DNA from: Candidatus Aenigmatarchaeota archaeon | GTDB lineage: Archaea; Aenigmatarchaeota; Aenigmatarchaeia; CG10238-14 | Length of the DNA: 64,000 bases | Assembly (NCBI GenBank): GCA_018920345.1 | Contig: JAHLMN010000006.1 | Span: forward strand, 8,817 to 72,816 | Direction: 5' to 3' | Part shown: positions 9,558 to 17,340 of the stretch, piece by piece | Layout of the letters: every line of letters begins with the position of its first letter | Numbering within the stretch: the stretch's first letter is position 1 | Program-made: the position numbers and the translations under genes | Notes under the pieces: model-generated | The model's input: only the letters and a program-made list of their open reading frames with translations | Told to the model about the DNA's origin: nothing | Database searches by the model: none

Positions 9558-9964
9558 CCTTTTTTTATATCTTTGCTTAACTTTAGTATGCTTTTACCTA
9601 AAAGTTCATATTTTTCAGTTAATTTGTTATCTAGCTCTAAAACCTTTTTTACAATTTCTCTATATTTTTCTTCTTGTTCTTCTTTATATTTGGCTAAATC
9701 CATTTCTACTTCAAATGCTTTTGTCAAATAATTTGTTTGATCGTCTCTTAAATTATCAAGTTTCTTTATTATCTTATCTACATCGATATTATCAATTTTC
9801 TTTTCAATCTTCTTTATTGTGTCATCTCTTTTAACTTCTTTATACAGTAAAATAATTGCAAGAAGATTAAGTATTGATACTAGAAAAAAGATTGAAAGCT
9901 CTTTTATTGCAAACAAAAGGCTTAAAATAAACGATGTTATTATCAATATCCAAAACATTTTCAT
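9554..9964 (-). CDS. membrane-anchored coiled-coil protein
   Basis: Two N-terminal TM helices, then a charged coiled-coil region. No family assigned. Confidence 0.35.
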   Translation of the reverse strand: MKMFWILIITSFILSLLFAIKELSIFFLVSILNLLAIILLYKEVKRDDTIKKIEKKIDNIDVDKIIKKLDNLRDDQTNYLTKAFEVEMDLAKYKEEQEEKYREIVKKVLELDNKLTEKYELLGKSILKLSKDIKKG

Positions 9965-9996
9965 GAATTACAAAATAAAACTAAAACATTAAAACT

Positions 9997-10590
9997 TTAC
10001 TGTATCTTGCTATCATAAAGCCCTTGATCAATTTCCTTTAAAACTTGTTTTGGTGGTTTACCATCAACAGTTATAGGCATACTTACACAAGATCCAACAA
10101 TCTCTTTAACTGCATTCTTCAAATTTTTTGAAAGCAAACCACTTTGTTTCATTTTGGCAATTTTTATACATTGCTCTATAGTTAAATTTCCAACAATCTT
10201 TTTTTCACCTGTTTGTGTAGGTTGATTTTCTTTAACTTGTTTTTCTTCCTCTTTCTTCTTACTTTTTTTATCCCCACCTGATTCTTTTGCCGCAGCATCT
10301 TTTTTTGACCCACTACTTCCTATTTTATCCAAACCCAATTCTTTTTTTATCAAAGATGAAACAGGAGGAACACCTACTTTAATAGTATATTCTTTTGTAT
10401 CAGTATCTATTATTACTTTTACAGGGACATTCATCCCTTTATATTCTTTTGTTTCTTGATTAATTTTGTTAAATAATTCACCCATATTTATCTTAAATTG
10501 AGAAAACTTTGGTGCTGTAGTTGGACCTGGTTTTGCATTCCCACCTTCTACAAGCATTTCTATAGTTTCTTTACTCATTTTTATCCCCAC
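9997..10590 (-). CDS. rpl11: ribosomal protein L11 with inserted K/E-rich linker
   Basis: N-domain MSKETIEMLVEGGNAKPGPTTAPKFSQF and C-domain GNLTIEQCIKIAKMKQ...SMPITVDGKPPKQV are canonical L11. About 45 aa of low-complexity KKDAAAKESGGDKKSKKKEEEKQVKEN lie between them. Confidence 0.85.
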   Translation of the reverse strand: MGIKMSKETIEMLVEGGNAKPGPTTAPKFSQFKINMGELFNKINQETKEYKGMNVPVKVIIDTDTKEYTIKVGVPPVSSLIKKELGLDKIGSSGSKKDAAAKESGGDKKSKKKEEEKQVKENQPTQTGEKKIVGNLTIEQCIKIAKMKQSGLLSKNLKNAVKEIVGSCVSMPITVDGKPPKQVLKEIDQGLYDSKIQ

Positions 10591-11041
10591 CTGACTTTTG
10601 TATTACAGATACTAAATTAGCATTTACAGTTATTGGTATAGGTACAGTAACTTCTATTAATTCAATAGTAACTTCACCTTTATCCTTATCAAATCTTGTT
10701 ACCTTACCTTTTTCTCCTTTGAAAGGACCACCAACAACTTCTACTATATCGCCTTCTTTTATCACAATTTCTTTCTTCTTTGTCTCTATCATCTTTTTTA
10801 TTTGAGAAATATCTACAGGTTCTTTAATAATACCGCGAGCATGAGGAATTTCTTTAACAATATCTTGTATATCTTTTAATTCTCCCTCAGCGAAAATATA
10901 TCCTTTTATCTCTTCAGGATGAACAACAGCTTTAACTGCTAAATTATTCACTTTTGCCTTGTTTGCTATAGCCTCTAAAACAACATTTTCTCTTCCAATT
11001 ATTGTCTTTACAGCATATACTGCCACACTAACCACCAGCAA
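10571..11041 (-). CDS. spt5: transcription elongation factor Spt5 (NusG homolog)
   Basis: NGN domain, then KOW motif IKEGDIVEVVGGPFKGEKGKVTRFD. Sits in the secE-spt5-rpl11 gene order. The track start at 11041 is a TTG codon, so the true start may be an internal GTG. Confidence 0.8.
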   Translation of the reverse strand: MLVVSVAVYAVKTIIGRENVVLEAIANKAKVNNLAVKAVVHPEEIKGYIFAEGELKDIQDIVKEIPHARGIIKEPVDISQIKKMIETKKKEIVIKEGDIVEVVGGPFKGEKGKVTRFDKDKGEVTIELIEVTVPIPITVNANLVSVIQKSGGDKNE

Positions 11042-11195
11042 TTACAGATATTATGTAAAATATAAATCCTATTATGCCTATGATTAGAAAGCCATACAAA
11101 ACTGTTCTCAACACTCCTTTTAACTCTTTAGATGTAGGCTTTCTAGCTATCTTTAATATGTTTACATATCTTCTTATAGTCTCCTTTATATTCAT
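11028..11195 (-). CDS. secE: preprotein translocase subunit SecE (Sec61gamma)
   Basis: Unlisted 55-aa ORF MNIKETIRRYVNILKIARKPTSKELKGVLRTVLYGFLIIGIIGFIFYIISVIAGG. Single C-terminal TM helix, placed directly upstream of spt5. Confidence 0.7.
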   Translation of the reverse strand: MNIKETIRRYVNILKIARKPTSKELKGVLRTVLYGFLIIGIIGFIFYIISVIAGG

Positions 11196-11247
11196 GAATA
11201 ATCACTTATTAGAATTGTTTTTATTATTAAAATTATTTATTTAAACC

Positions 11248-12333
11248 TTATTCAAGAAATTGTATTCCTAGCTCTTCCTCTATTACACTTCTTTTCTTTA
11301 CAATCCTTTCTACTTTTTCTAGCTCTTCTTTAGCCTTTGCACCAGTAATTACTACCATTACTCTTAATGTATCTCCTAGCTCTGGCTCTAACATAGCACC
11401 CCATATAATTTTTGCATCTTCATTTAACCTACTTGATATAGATTCTACAACATCTTGTGCTTCTCTTGTTGTCAAGTCCTTTCCACCTGTTACATTTATT
11501 AAAGCACCAGTTGCACCTTCTATATCCAAGTCAAGCAAAGGATTTGCCAAAGCCTTTTCAACTGCTTCAAATGCTCTATCCTCGCTGTCTGACTCTCCCA
11601 TGCCAACCATTGCTAGTCCGCCATTTCTCATAACAGCTTTAACATCTGCTAAATCAAGATTAATCAATCCAGGTTTTGTTATAAGTTCTACTATACCTTT
11701 TACAGAATTTACTAGAATTTCATCTGCAATTTTGAATGCTGTTGTTAGACTAACATCAGGTACTATATCTAGTAGCTTATCGTTTGGAATAATTATCAAA
11801 GTATCAACATATTTTCTTAAATTATCCAATCCTTCTTTGGCATTTTTCATCCTTACTTTACCTTCCATTGTGAATGGCAAAGTAACAACTCCAACAGTCA
11901 AAATATTCATCTTTTGTGCTATTTCAGCTATTACAGGTAAAGATCCAGTACCAGTACCACCACCTAAACCACATGTCAAGAAAAGCAGATCTGTCCCTTC
12001 AAGCATCTTTCTTATATCTTCTTTACTTTCTTTAGCAGCTTCCATGCCAACCTTTGGATCTCCACCAGCACCCAAACCGCCTGTTAATTCTTTACCAATA
12101 AGCAACTTGAAATCAGCATCAGAATAAAGCAAATCTTGTGCATCTGTATTAACAGCTATAGTATAAACACCTTGTATTCCTGTTTGCATCATTCTTGTTA
12201 TAGCATTATTTCCAGCACCACCAGAACCAACAACTTTTATATTTGCTTTCTTCTCTTCAAGTAATTTTTTCAATTCTTCATCTATCTTACTTTCTTTTCT
12301 AACAGTTTTTTTCAAAAAAGGTTGTATTGCCAT
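11248..12333 (-). CDS. ftsZ: cell division GTPase FtsZ
   Basis: Tubulin/FtsZ signature GGGTGTGSLPVIAEIAQ. N-terminal GSGGAGNNA. Confidence 0.9.
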   Translation of the reverse strand: MAIQPFLKKTVRKESKIDEELKKLLEEKKANIKVVGSGGAGNNAITRMMQTGIQGVYTIAVNTDAQDLLYSDADFKLLIGKELTGGLGAGGDPKVGMEAAKESKEDIRKMLEGTDLLFLTCGLGGGTGTGSLPVIAEIAQKMNILTVGVVTLPFTMEGKVRMKNAKEGLDNLRKYVDTLIIIPNDKLLDIVPDVSLTTAFKIADEILVNSVKGIVELITKPGLINLDLADVKAVMRNGGLAMVGMGESDSEDRAFEAVEKALANPLLDLDIEGATGALINVTGGKDLTTREAQDVVESISSRLNEDAKIIWGAMLEPELGDTLRVMVVITGAKAKEELEKVERIVKKRSVIEEELGIQFLE

Positions 12334-12402
12334 TTTTTCACCTGTTATTATCCAATAGTTATTACAAACTATTAAATCTAATAACAGTTAACTTTAAATT
12401 CT

Positions 12403-13056
12403 TTATTCAAATTCTTCGACAAATCTTATCTTTCTTATATCCTTTATCCATTTTTTTATTGTTTCAGCTATATCTTTTTTAATCTCCCTAGGTATTTCGC
12501 TATTAATGTAAATTTCAGCTATATCCCCATTTATATTGACTTTAACATCTTCTTTTGTTTTAACAAAAATATTGAATATGGCTTGAACTTTTTCATCGGT
12601 TTTTTCAATTAATTTCTTTATTTCTAATTCATACTCCAACTCTTTTCCAGCTAAAACATGATTAAAATCAACTTTTACTCTACCACCAGATATTGCCAAT
12701 ATCCTTCCATTCAAGCCATTCATTGTTATAGGCATTCCAGGAAAAGGATCTATGTCTTGTTTTCTGAACTCTGTTATAGGGATAAGCTTTATCAGTTTTT
12801 CACTTCTATTACCAAATCCATCTTCTGGTTTAACTACAATCTTCTTTTTTTCACCTACATTCATTTTCATTAACTCATCTTCAACGCCCTTTATTATCAT
12901 GTGACTTCCTACTATGACTGGTATGGGTTTGTAAGAAAAATGAGGATCATAAATACCATTTTGCTTTGCCACATCCTCTAATGTTAAATCAAATATTTCT
13001 CCTGTTTCTTTTATTTTACCAACAAAATCAACTAATATAAAATCTCCTTCTTTCAT
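12403..13056 (-). CDS. FKBP-type peptidyl-prolyl cis-trans isomerase (long archaeal SlyD-like form)
   Basis: N-terminal FKBP domain DFILVDFVGKIKETGEIFDLT...VIVGSHMIIKGVEDELMKM, then an insert-in-flap domain and a C-terminal domain. Confidence 0.75.
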   Translation of the reverse strand: MKEGDFILVDFVGKIKETGEIFDLTLEDVAKQNGIYDPHFSYKPIPVIVGSHMIIKGVEDELMKMNVGEKKKIVVKPEDGFGNRSEKLIKLIPITEFRKQDIDPFPGMPITMNGLNGRILAISGGRVKVDFNHVLAGKELEYELEIKKLIEKTDEKVQAIFNIFVKTKEDVKVNINGDIAEIYINSEIPREIKKDIAETIKKWIKDIRKIRFVEEFE

Positions 13057-13114
13057 TTAAACCACTAATAAATTGATTAAACATATTTAAAAGGTTAAAA
13101 TAAAAAATTGTGCT

Positions 13115-13258
13115 ATGCAAATAGCATCCTATTGCTCAATATGTAAAAAATACAAAACTAACCTAGTGTCCTGTGAATTCTGCGGTACGATTGGCTGTAC
13201 TGATTGTGTTGATATTAAATTAGGCATATGTAAAAAATGCAAAAAAGGCCTAATTTAA
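13115..13258 (+). CDS. small C4 zinc-finger protein (47 aa)
   Basis: Unlisted ORF MQIASYCSICKKYKTNLVSCEFCGTIGCTDCVDIKLGICKKCKKGLI with several CxxC pairs. Confidence 0.3.
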   Translation: MQIASYCSICKKYKTNLVSCEFCGTIGCTDCVDIKLGICKKCKKGLI

Positions 13259-13611
13259 AATTCCATTAATGTATCTACTATTCTTTCTACTTTGTCTTTC
13301 TCTTCAGGTGTTTTTGCCTTTAGCATTTCTCTTGCTTTTTCTCTTAAAGCTTCTCTCTTGGCAACATCTCCTAACTCTGCAATTGCTTTAACAGCTTGCT
13401 CTATTCTTTCTATTCTTGCTTCTATTTTCTTTTGATGTTTGTATACTTCTGCTAATGCTACCCATAATTGAGCTACTTTGACATCATCAGCTTGCATATA
13501 GGCGCATCTATTTCTTTTAGCAATCTCTAGCAATTCAGCCATATCTATTTTAATATCTTCACACAAATCTTCTTTCCAATCCCTTTCTTCTTTGAAAAAT
13601 ACCATTTTCAT
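13255..13611 (-). CDS. hypothetical coiled-coil protein
   Basis: 118-aa charged, helical ORF. No recognised motif. Confidence 0.35.
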   Translation of the reverse strand: MKMVFFKEERDWKEDLCEDIKIDMAELLEIAKRNRCAYMQADDVKVAQLWVALAEVYKHQKKIEARIERIEQAVKAIAELGDVAKREALREKAREMLKAKTPEEKDKVERIVDTLMEF

Positions 13612-13679
13612 TTCACCTACACATTCTTATTATGATAAAATTTAAATACTTTTCGGTAGTAACTATTTTATATGAAATT

Positions 13680-14139
13680 CTTCGAATCGCAGATGTTCGA
13701 GACAGAATTAAAATATATGATTTTGGTGTTTAGATAACATCAGATTGGATAGATTGTCATGGTAGACTCAAGCCATATAATAGTGTATTTTGGTATTTTA
13801 AACCATTTTATGATAAAGAAAGAAAACAGGTTGATGTAGATAAGACTTTACAACAACTTCTTTTATAATCATGAAATGATAAACATTATGATTTATTATT
13901 GACTGAAGATGATTTATATATACCTGGAACAAATTTTGTACTCGGTGCTTCACTAGTAGGGAGAGGAACAGTTATTTCTGTAGCAAGATTGCGTGATTCT
14001 TAACGCCCAACTGAACTACTAGAGCAATTAGCATATCATGAATTGGGGCATATGTTTGGATTACCTGGAAGAGATTCAAATATTGAAGAGATTTTAGGTA
14101 AACATTGTATTAATGATGGATGCGCTATGAGACAATGAC
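13680..14139 (+). pseudogene. amzA: archaemetzincin (peptidase M54) pseudogene, C-terminally truncated, multiple in-frame stops
   Basis: One frame reads LTEDDLYIPGTNFVLGASLVGRGTVISVARLR...ELLEQLAYHELGHMFGLPGRDSNIEEILGKHCINDGCAM (HExxHxxGxxHC motif). It is interrupted by TAG 13731, TAA 13866, TGA 13872, TAA 14001 and TGA 14136. Confidence 0.6.
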
Positions 14140-14543
14140 TTCAGTTTCCTTTTGAACGTTTAAGCAAGGCAAGAAACTTGAGGTGGGATGATATAGATTT
14201 TCAAAGAGACATAATTCATATAAAGAAGGCTAAAGGTGACAAAGAATTGTTTTTTACATGAGAAACTAAACAATCGCTGATGAATTTCGGAACAAAACAA
14301 TATGGGTTTGTATTTATCTCATCCAGAGGTGGAAAATACAGCGAAAGAACAATACAAAAAATAGTGCAAAATGCTGAGAGAAAAGCAAACATTTCAAAGA
14401 AAATAACACTAAATTCATTAAGACATTCTTTTGCGACTCATCTTTTAGAAGCAGGAGTTGATATAAGATATATACAGCAGCTTTTAGGACATAAAAACCT
14501 TCAAACAACACAAATTTACACACATGTGGCAAACAAGGTATAA
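14140..14543 (+). pseudogene. tyrosine recombinase (XerA/XerC/phage-integrase family) C-terminal catalytic-domain fragment, fused in frame to the amz remnant
   Basis: NLRWDDIDFQRDIIHIKKAKGDKELFF(TGA)ETKQ...LNSLRHSFATHLLEAGVDIRYIQQLLGHKNLQTTQIYTHV carries the R..H-x-x-R..Y catalytic box. The N-terminal core-binding domain is absent. The last 87 codons (14280..14543) are the only intact ORF piece. Confidence 0.6.
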
Positions 14544-14658
14544 AGAAACTTGCAGATTTAATTTAGAGAAAATCTTTAAGATTACTATAATAAAATCAAA
14601 AAACGATAATTTTAAAAAGGAGAATATTGATAAAATAAAACACGTTTAGGCGATTTAT

Positions 14659-15162
14659 ATGAAATGCGAGTTTTGTGATACAAAACTTCAGAAAAGATGG
14701 AACTATTGTCCTAATTGTGGTGCTATGATAGGAAACTATGATATGATGGAGTTTTTGAATAGACAGATAAAAAATCTTGCTAAAAAATTAGAAGAAAACA
14801 TTGATTTTGAAAATGATTTTGAATTGCCAAAAAACATTACTATAACAATCACTCCTGTACCTATAAAAACACAACCAAAAAAACAGATAATAAATTCTGA
14901 TCCGATAAAATTACCAGAAAATGTTATAGAACCTGAAACAAAAGTGAGAAGACTACATAATGAAATTATTTTTTTAATAAAATTACCAGGTGTCAAAAGA
15001 AAAGAAGATATTGATTTGCAAATGTTTTCAAATTCTGTTGAAATAAGAGCTTTGGCTGACGACAAAGGTTATTTCAAAATAATTAATATACCTTCCACTT
15101 ATAGTCTAGTTGATAAAAAATTCGAAAATGAGGAGTTAATATTACATTTTAATATGTTTTAA
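14659..15162 (+). CDS. small heat-shock protein (Hsp20/alpha-crystallin domain) with N-terminal zinc ribbon
   Basis: N-terminal CEFC...CPNC ribbon. C-terminal alpha-crystallin-like block RLHNEIIFLIKLPGVKRKEDIDLQMFSNSVEIRA...YFKIINIPSTYSLVD. Confidence 0.55.
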   Translation: MKCEFCDTKLQKRWNYCPNCGAMIGNYDMMEFLNRQIKNLAKKLEENIDFENDFELPKNITITITPVPIKTQPKKQIINSDPIKLPENVIEPETKVRRLHNEIIFLIKLPGVKRKEDIDLQMFSNSVEIRALADDKGYFKIINIPSTYSLVDKKFENEELILHFNMF

Positions 15163-15165
15163 TAT

Positions 15166-15239
15166 TGGGGTAGCTGGGATTTGAACCCAGATCGCCAGCT
15201 CCCGAAGCTGGAATACTAGCCAAGTTATACTACTACCCC
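15166..15239 (-). tRNA. tRNA-Pro (anticodon CGG)
   Basis: Reverse complement folds as a cloverleaf. Acceptor GGGGTAG/CTACCCC, anticodon stem CCAGC/GCTGG, loop UUCGGGA (G37 typical of Pro), T-arm CTGGGTTCAAATCCCAG. Confidence 0.8.
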
Positions 15240-15357
15240 CTTTATTAAAATAAAAAAAAATTCAATAAATTTTTTTTCAATTTTATTGGTTCCAATATTG
15301 GTTTAAATACTTGGAAAAAAAGAAAATTTTAAATATATTTTAAGCATATATTTTAAC

Positions 15358-15981
15358 TTGATGAAGAAAGAAACATTTAATAAGAAAGTATTGCCTCTTT
15401 TTGTCTTAACTTTATTTATAGCTACAATAGGAGTTGGTGTAGGTTTCTTTATACCGCCAATTCTTTATATACCGATAATTATAGCTGAATTAGTTATATT
15501 ATTTGTAACATTTCTTTTGAAAAAGAAAGAAGGGTTTCCTCTATGGGTTTTAATTTTATTTGTATTTTTAACAGGAATAACAACAACACCTATAATTGCG
15601 TGGGCAGCTTGGGAAGGTGGAACAATAGTTATTTTTCAAGCTTTAGGAATAACTACAGTTGTTTTCGGTAGTTTGGCTGGTTATGTTTATTTTACAAACA
15701 AAGATTTTAGATCTATTGGAACATTCTTGATGTTTGCTTTAATAGGATTTATAATAGCTTCTTTAGTGAATTTATTCCTAAAACAACCTGTCATAAATCT
15801 AATAATTAGTGTCGGTGTATTAATTGTATTTCTAGGTTTTGTTTTGTATGATATGTCAACAATATTAAGAAATTATCCTGATAATTATGTTACTGATGCT
15901 GTTTTAGCATTATATTTAGATTTTCTAAATATATTCATAAGAATTCTAGAATTATTAGTTATGACTAGAAGAAAGGATTAA
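15358..15981 (+). CDS. Bax inhibitor-1/YccA family membrane protein
   Basis: Seven predicted TM helices. C-terminal LYLDFLNIFIRILELL is typical of the BI-1 family. Confidence 0.65.
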   Translation: MMKKETFNKKVLPLFVLTLFIATIGVGVGFFIPPILYIPIIIAELVILFVTFLLKKKEGFPLWVLILFVFLTGITTTPIIAWAAWEGGTIVIFQALGITTVVFGSLAGYVYFTNKDFRSIGTFLMFALIGFIIASLVNLFLKQPVINLIISVGVLIVFLGFVLYDMSTILRNYPDNYVTDAVLALYLDFLNIFIRILELLVMTRRKD

Positions 15982-16006
15982 TAAAAACAAATATAATAAT
16001 TTTATA

Positions 16007-16729
16007 ATGAAGAATACAATTATTATTCTGTTTCTATTCTCAGTGGTTTATGCTTTAGATACACCAAATTTAACAAAATATGTAAATGATTTTTCAAATA
16101 TTTTAAGTGATGATTGCGAAAGAGAAATAAATAATCTTGCAAATAGTATTGAAAAACAAACTAGTGCTGAAATAGCTATTGTTACAATGAATACTCTTTG
16201 TAATGAAAATATATGTGAAGATCTTGAAAAATATTCTAACGATCTTTTCAGAAAAAATGGAATAGGGAAAAAAGATAAAGATAATGGTTTAATGATTTTA
16301 GTTTTTGTAGAAGACAGAAGATATAGAATAGAAGTTGGTTATGGTTTGGAAGATGAAATACCAGATTTACTTGCAAGTCAAATAGCAGAAAATTATATGA
16401 CACCATTCTTTAAGAGAGGCGACTATTGTAGTGGTTTATATAATGCAGTTTTCCAGTTTGGTCAAGCTATCAAAGGTGAGAAAAATTCTACTTTGTTTAT
16501 TTTAGAAGAAGATTCGATGAAGACAAAGCAGCAAGAAAAAGAATCAAAAATAACAGAAATAATAATAATTATAATATTTTTAGTTTTTATTATCATTGTC
16601 TTTTATTTATCTATTAAAAACAAAAGAAGATCGAATATTTCTGTATTTATTAAAGCAAGAGGTGATTCTTCAAGTGGTGGTTTTGGTGGTGGTTCTTCAG
16701 GCGGTGGTGGGGCAAGCGGCAAATGGTAA
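16007..16729 (+). CDS. TPM-domain (YgcG/TLP18.3-like) protein with TM helix and Gly-rich tail
   Basis: VNDFSNILSD...SAEIAIVTMNTL...NGLMILVFVEDRRYRIEVGYGLED matches the TPM fold. C-terminal TM helix and GGFGGGSSGGGG tail. Confidence 0.7.
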   Translation: MKNTIIILFLFSVVYALDTPNLTKYVNDFSNILSDDCEREINNLANSIEKQTSAEIAIVTMNTLCNENICEDLEKYSNDLFRKNGIGKKDKDNGLMILVFVEDRRYRIEVGYGLEDEIPDLLASQIAENYMTPFFKRGDYCSGLYNAVFQFGQAIKGEKNSTLFILEEDSMKTKQQEKESKITEIIIIIIFLVFIIIVFYLSIKNKRRSNISVFIKARGDSSSGGFGGGSSGGGGASGKW

Positions 16730-16762
16730 TTTTTTAAACTAAAAAAAATAAAAAGTGATATA

Positions 16763-17338
16763 ATGACAAAAAATACATTAATTTTAATTTCAATATTGTT
16801 TTTATTCTTAATAATTTTTTTAGTCGTTTCTGTTTGGTCAACATATAACATTATTGTAACTAGAGAAATAGAAGTAGAAAAAAAGTGGGCAGATCTCCAA
16901 GCTCAATATCAAAGGAGAATAGATCTTATACCTAATTTAGTTGAAACTACAAAAGGATATGCGCAATTTGAGCAATCAACTTTAATAAGAATAACTCAAT
17001 TGAGAACACAATGGATGTCTGCAACTAGTGTTGATGAAAAAATTTCCACAGGAACACAACTTGATTCTGAAATATCTAAATTACTTTTAGTTTTTGAAAA
17101 TTACCCTGAATTAAAATCAATAGAAACAGTAAATAGTCTCATGATTCAATTAGAAGGTACAGAAAATAGAATAGCTGTTGCAAGAAGAGACTATAATGAT
17201 GCAGTAAGAGATTACAATTTAATGTTAAGAAAATTTCCTTCAAATATTATAGCTGGAATATTTGGTTTTACACCAAAACCATTTTTTGAAGCGCAGGCAG
17301 AAGCTATTAATGCTCCAAAAGTTAATATCACAATTTAA
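16763..17338 (+). CDS. lemA: LemA family protein
   Basis: N-terminal TM helix. LemA motifs KGYAQFEQSTL...ENYPELKS...RRDYNDAVRDYNLMLRKFPSNIIAGIFGF. Confidence 0.8.
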   Translation: MTKNTLILISILFLFLIIFLVVSVWSTYNIIVTREIEVEKKWADLQAQYQRRIDLIPNLVETTKGYAQFEQSTLIRITQLRTQWMSATSVDEKISTGTQLDSEISKLLLVFENYPELKSIETVNSLMIQLEGTENRIAVARRDYNDAVRDYNLMLRKFPSNIIAGIFGFTPKPFFEAQAEAINAPKVNITI

Positions 17339-17340
17339 TT

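Noticed and set aside
9535-9834. 99-aa forward ORF overlapping the 3' part of 9554..9964
   Set aside because: It is hydrophobic low-complexity antisense to a better-supported minus-strand ORF. No motif.
11600-12127. 175-aa forward ORF inside ftsZ, and similar antisense ORFs (5393..5581, 6108..6293, 8123..8362, 17480..19171, 33405..33590, 49112..49534, 53057..54284, 57780..58265, 62386..62733 and others)
   Set aside because: Each is fully embedded antisense in a gene with strong homology support. AT-rich genomes generate long antisense ORFs by chance.
13680-14543. Possibility that the in-frame TAA/TGA/TAG codons reflect stop-codon reassignment rather than pseudogenisation
   Set aside because: All three stop codons occur in the same frame, and every other gene in the window ends with normal stops. 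No known code reassigns all three. Decay by point mutation is the simpler reading.
16660-16730. Gly-rich low-complexity stretch
   Set aside because: It is the C-terminal GGFGGGSSGGGG tail typical of TPM-domain proteins, not a repeat element.
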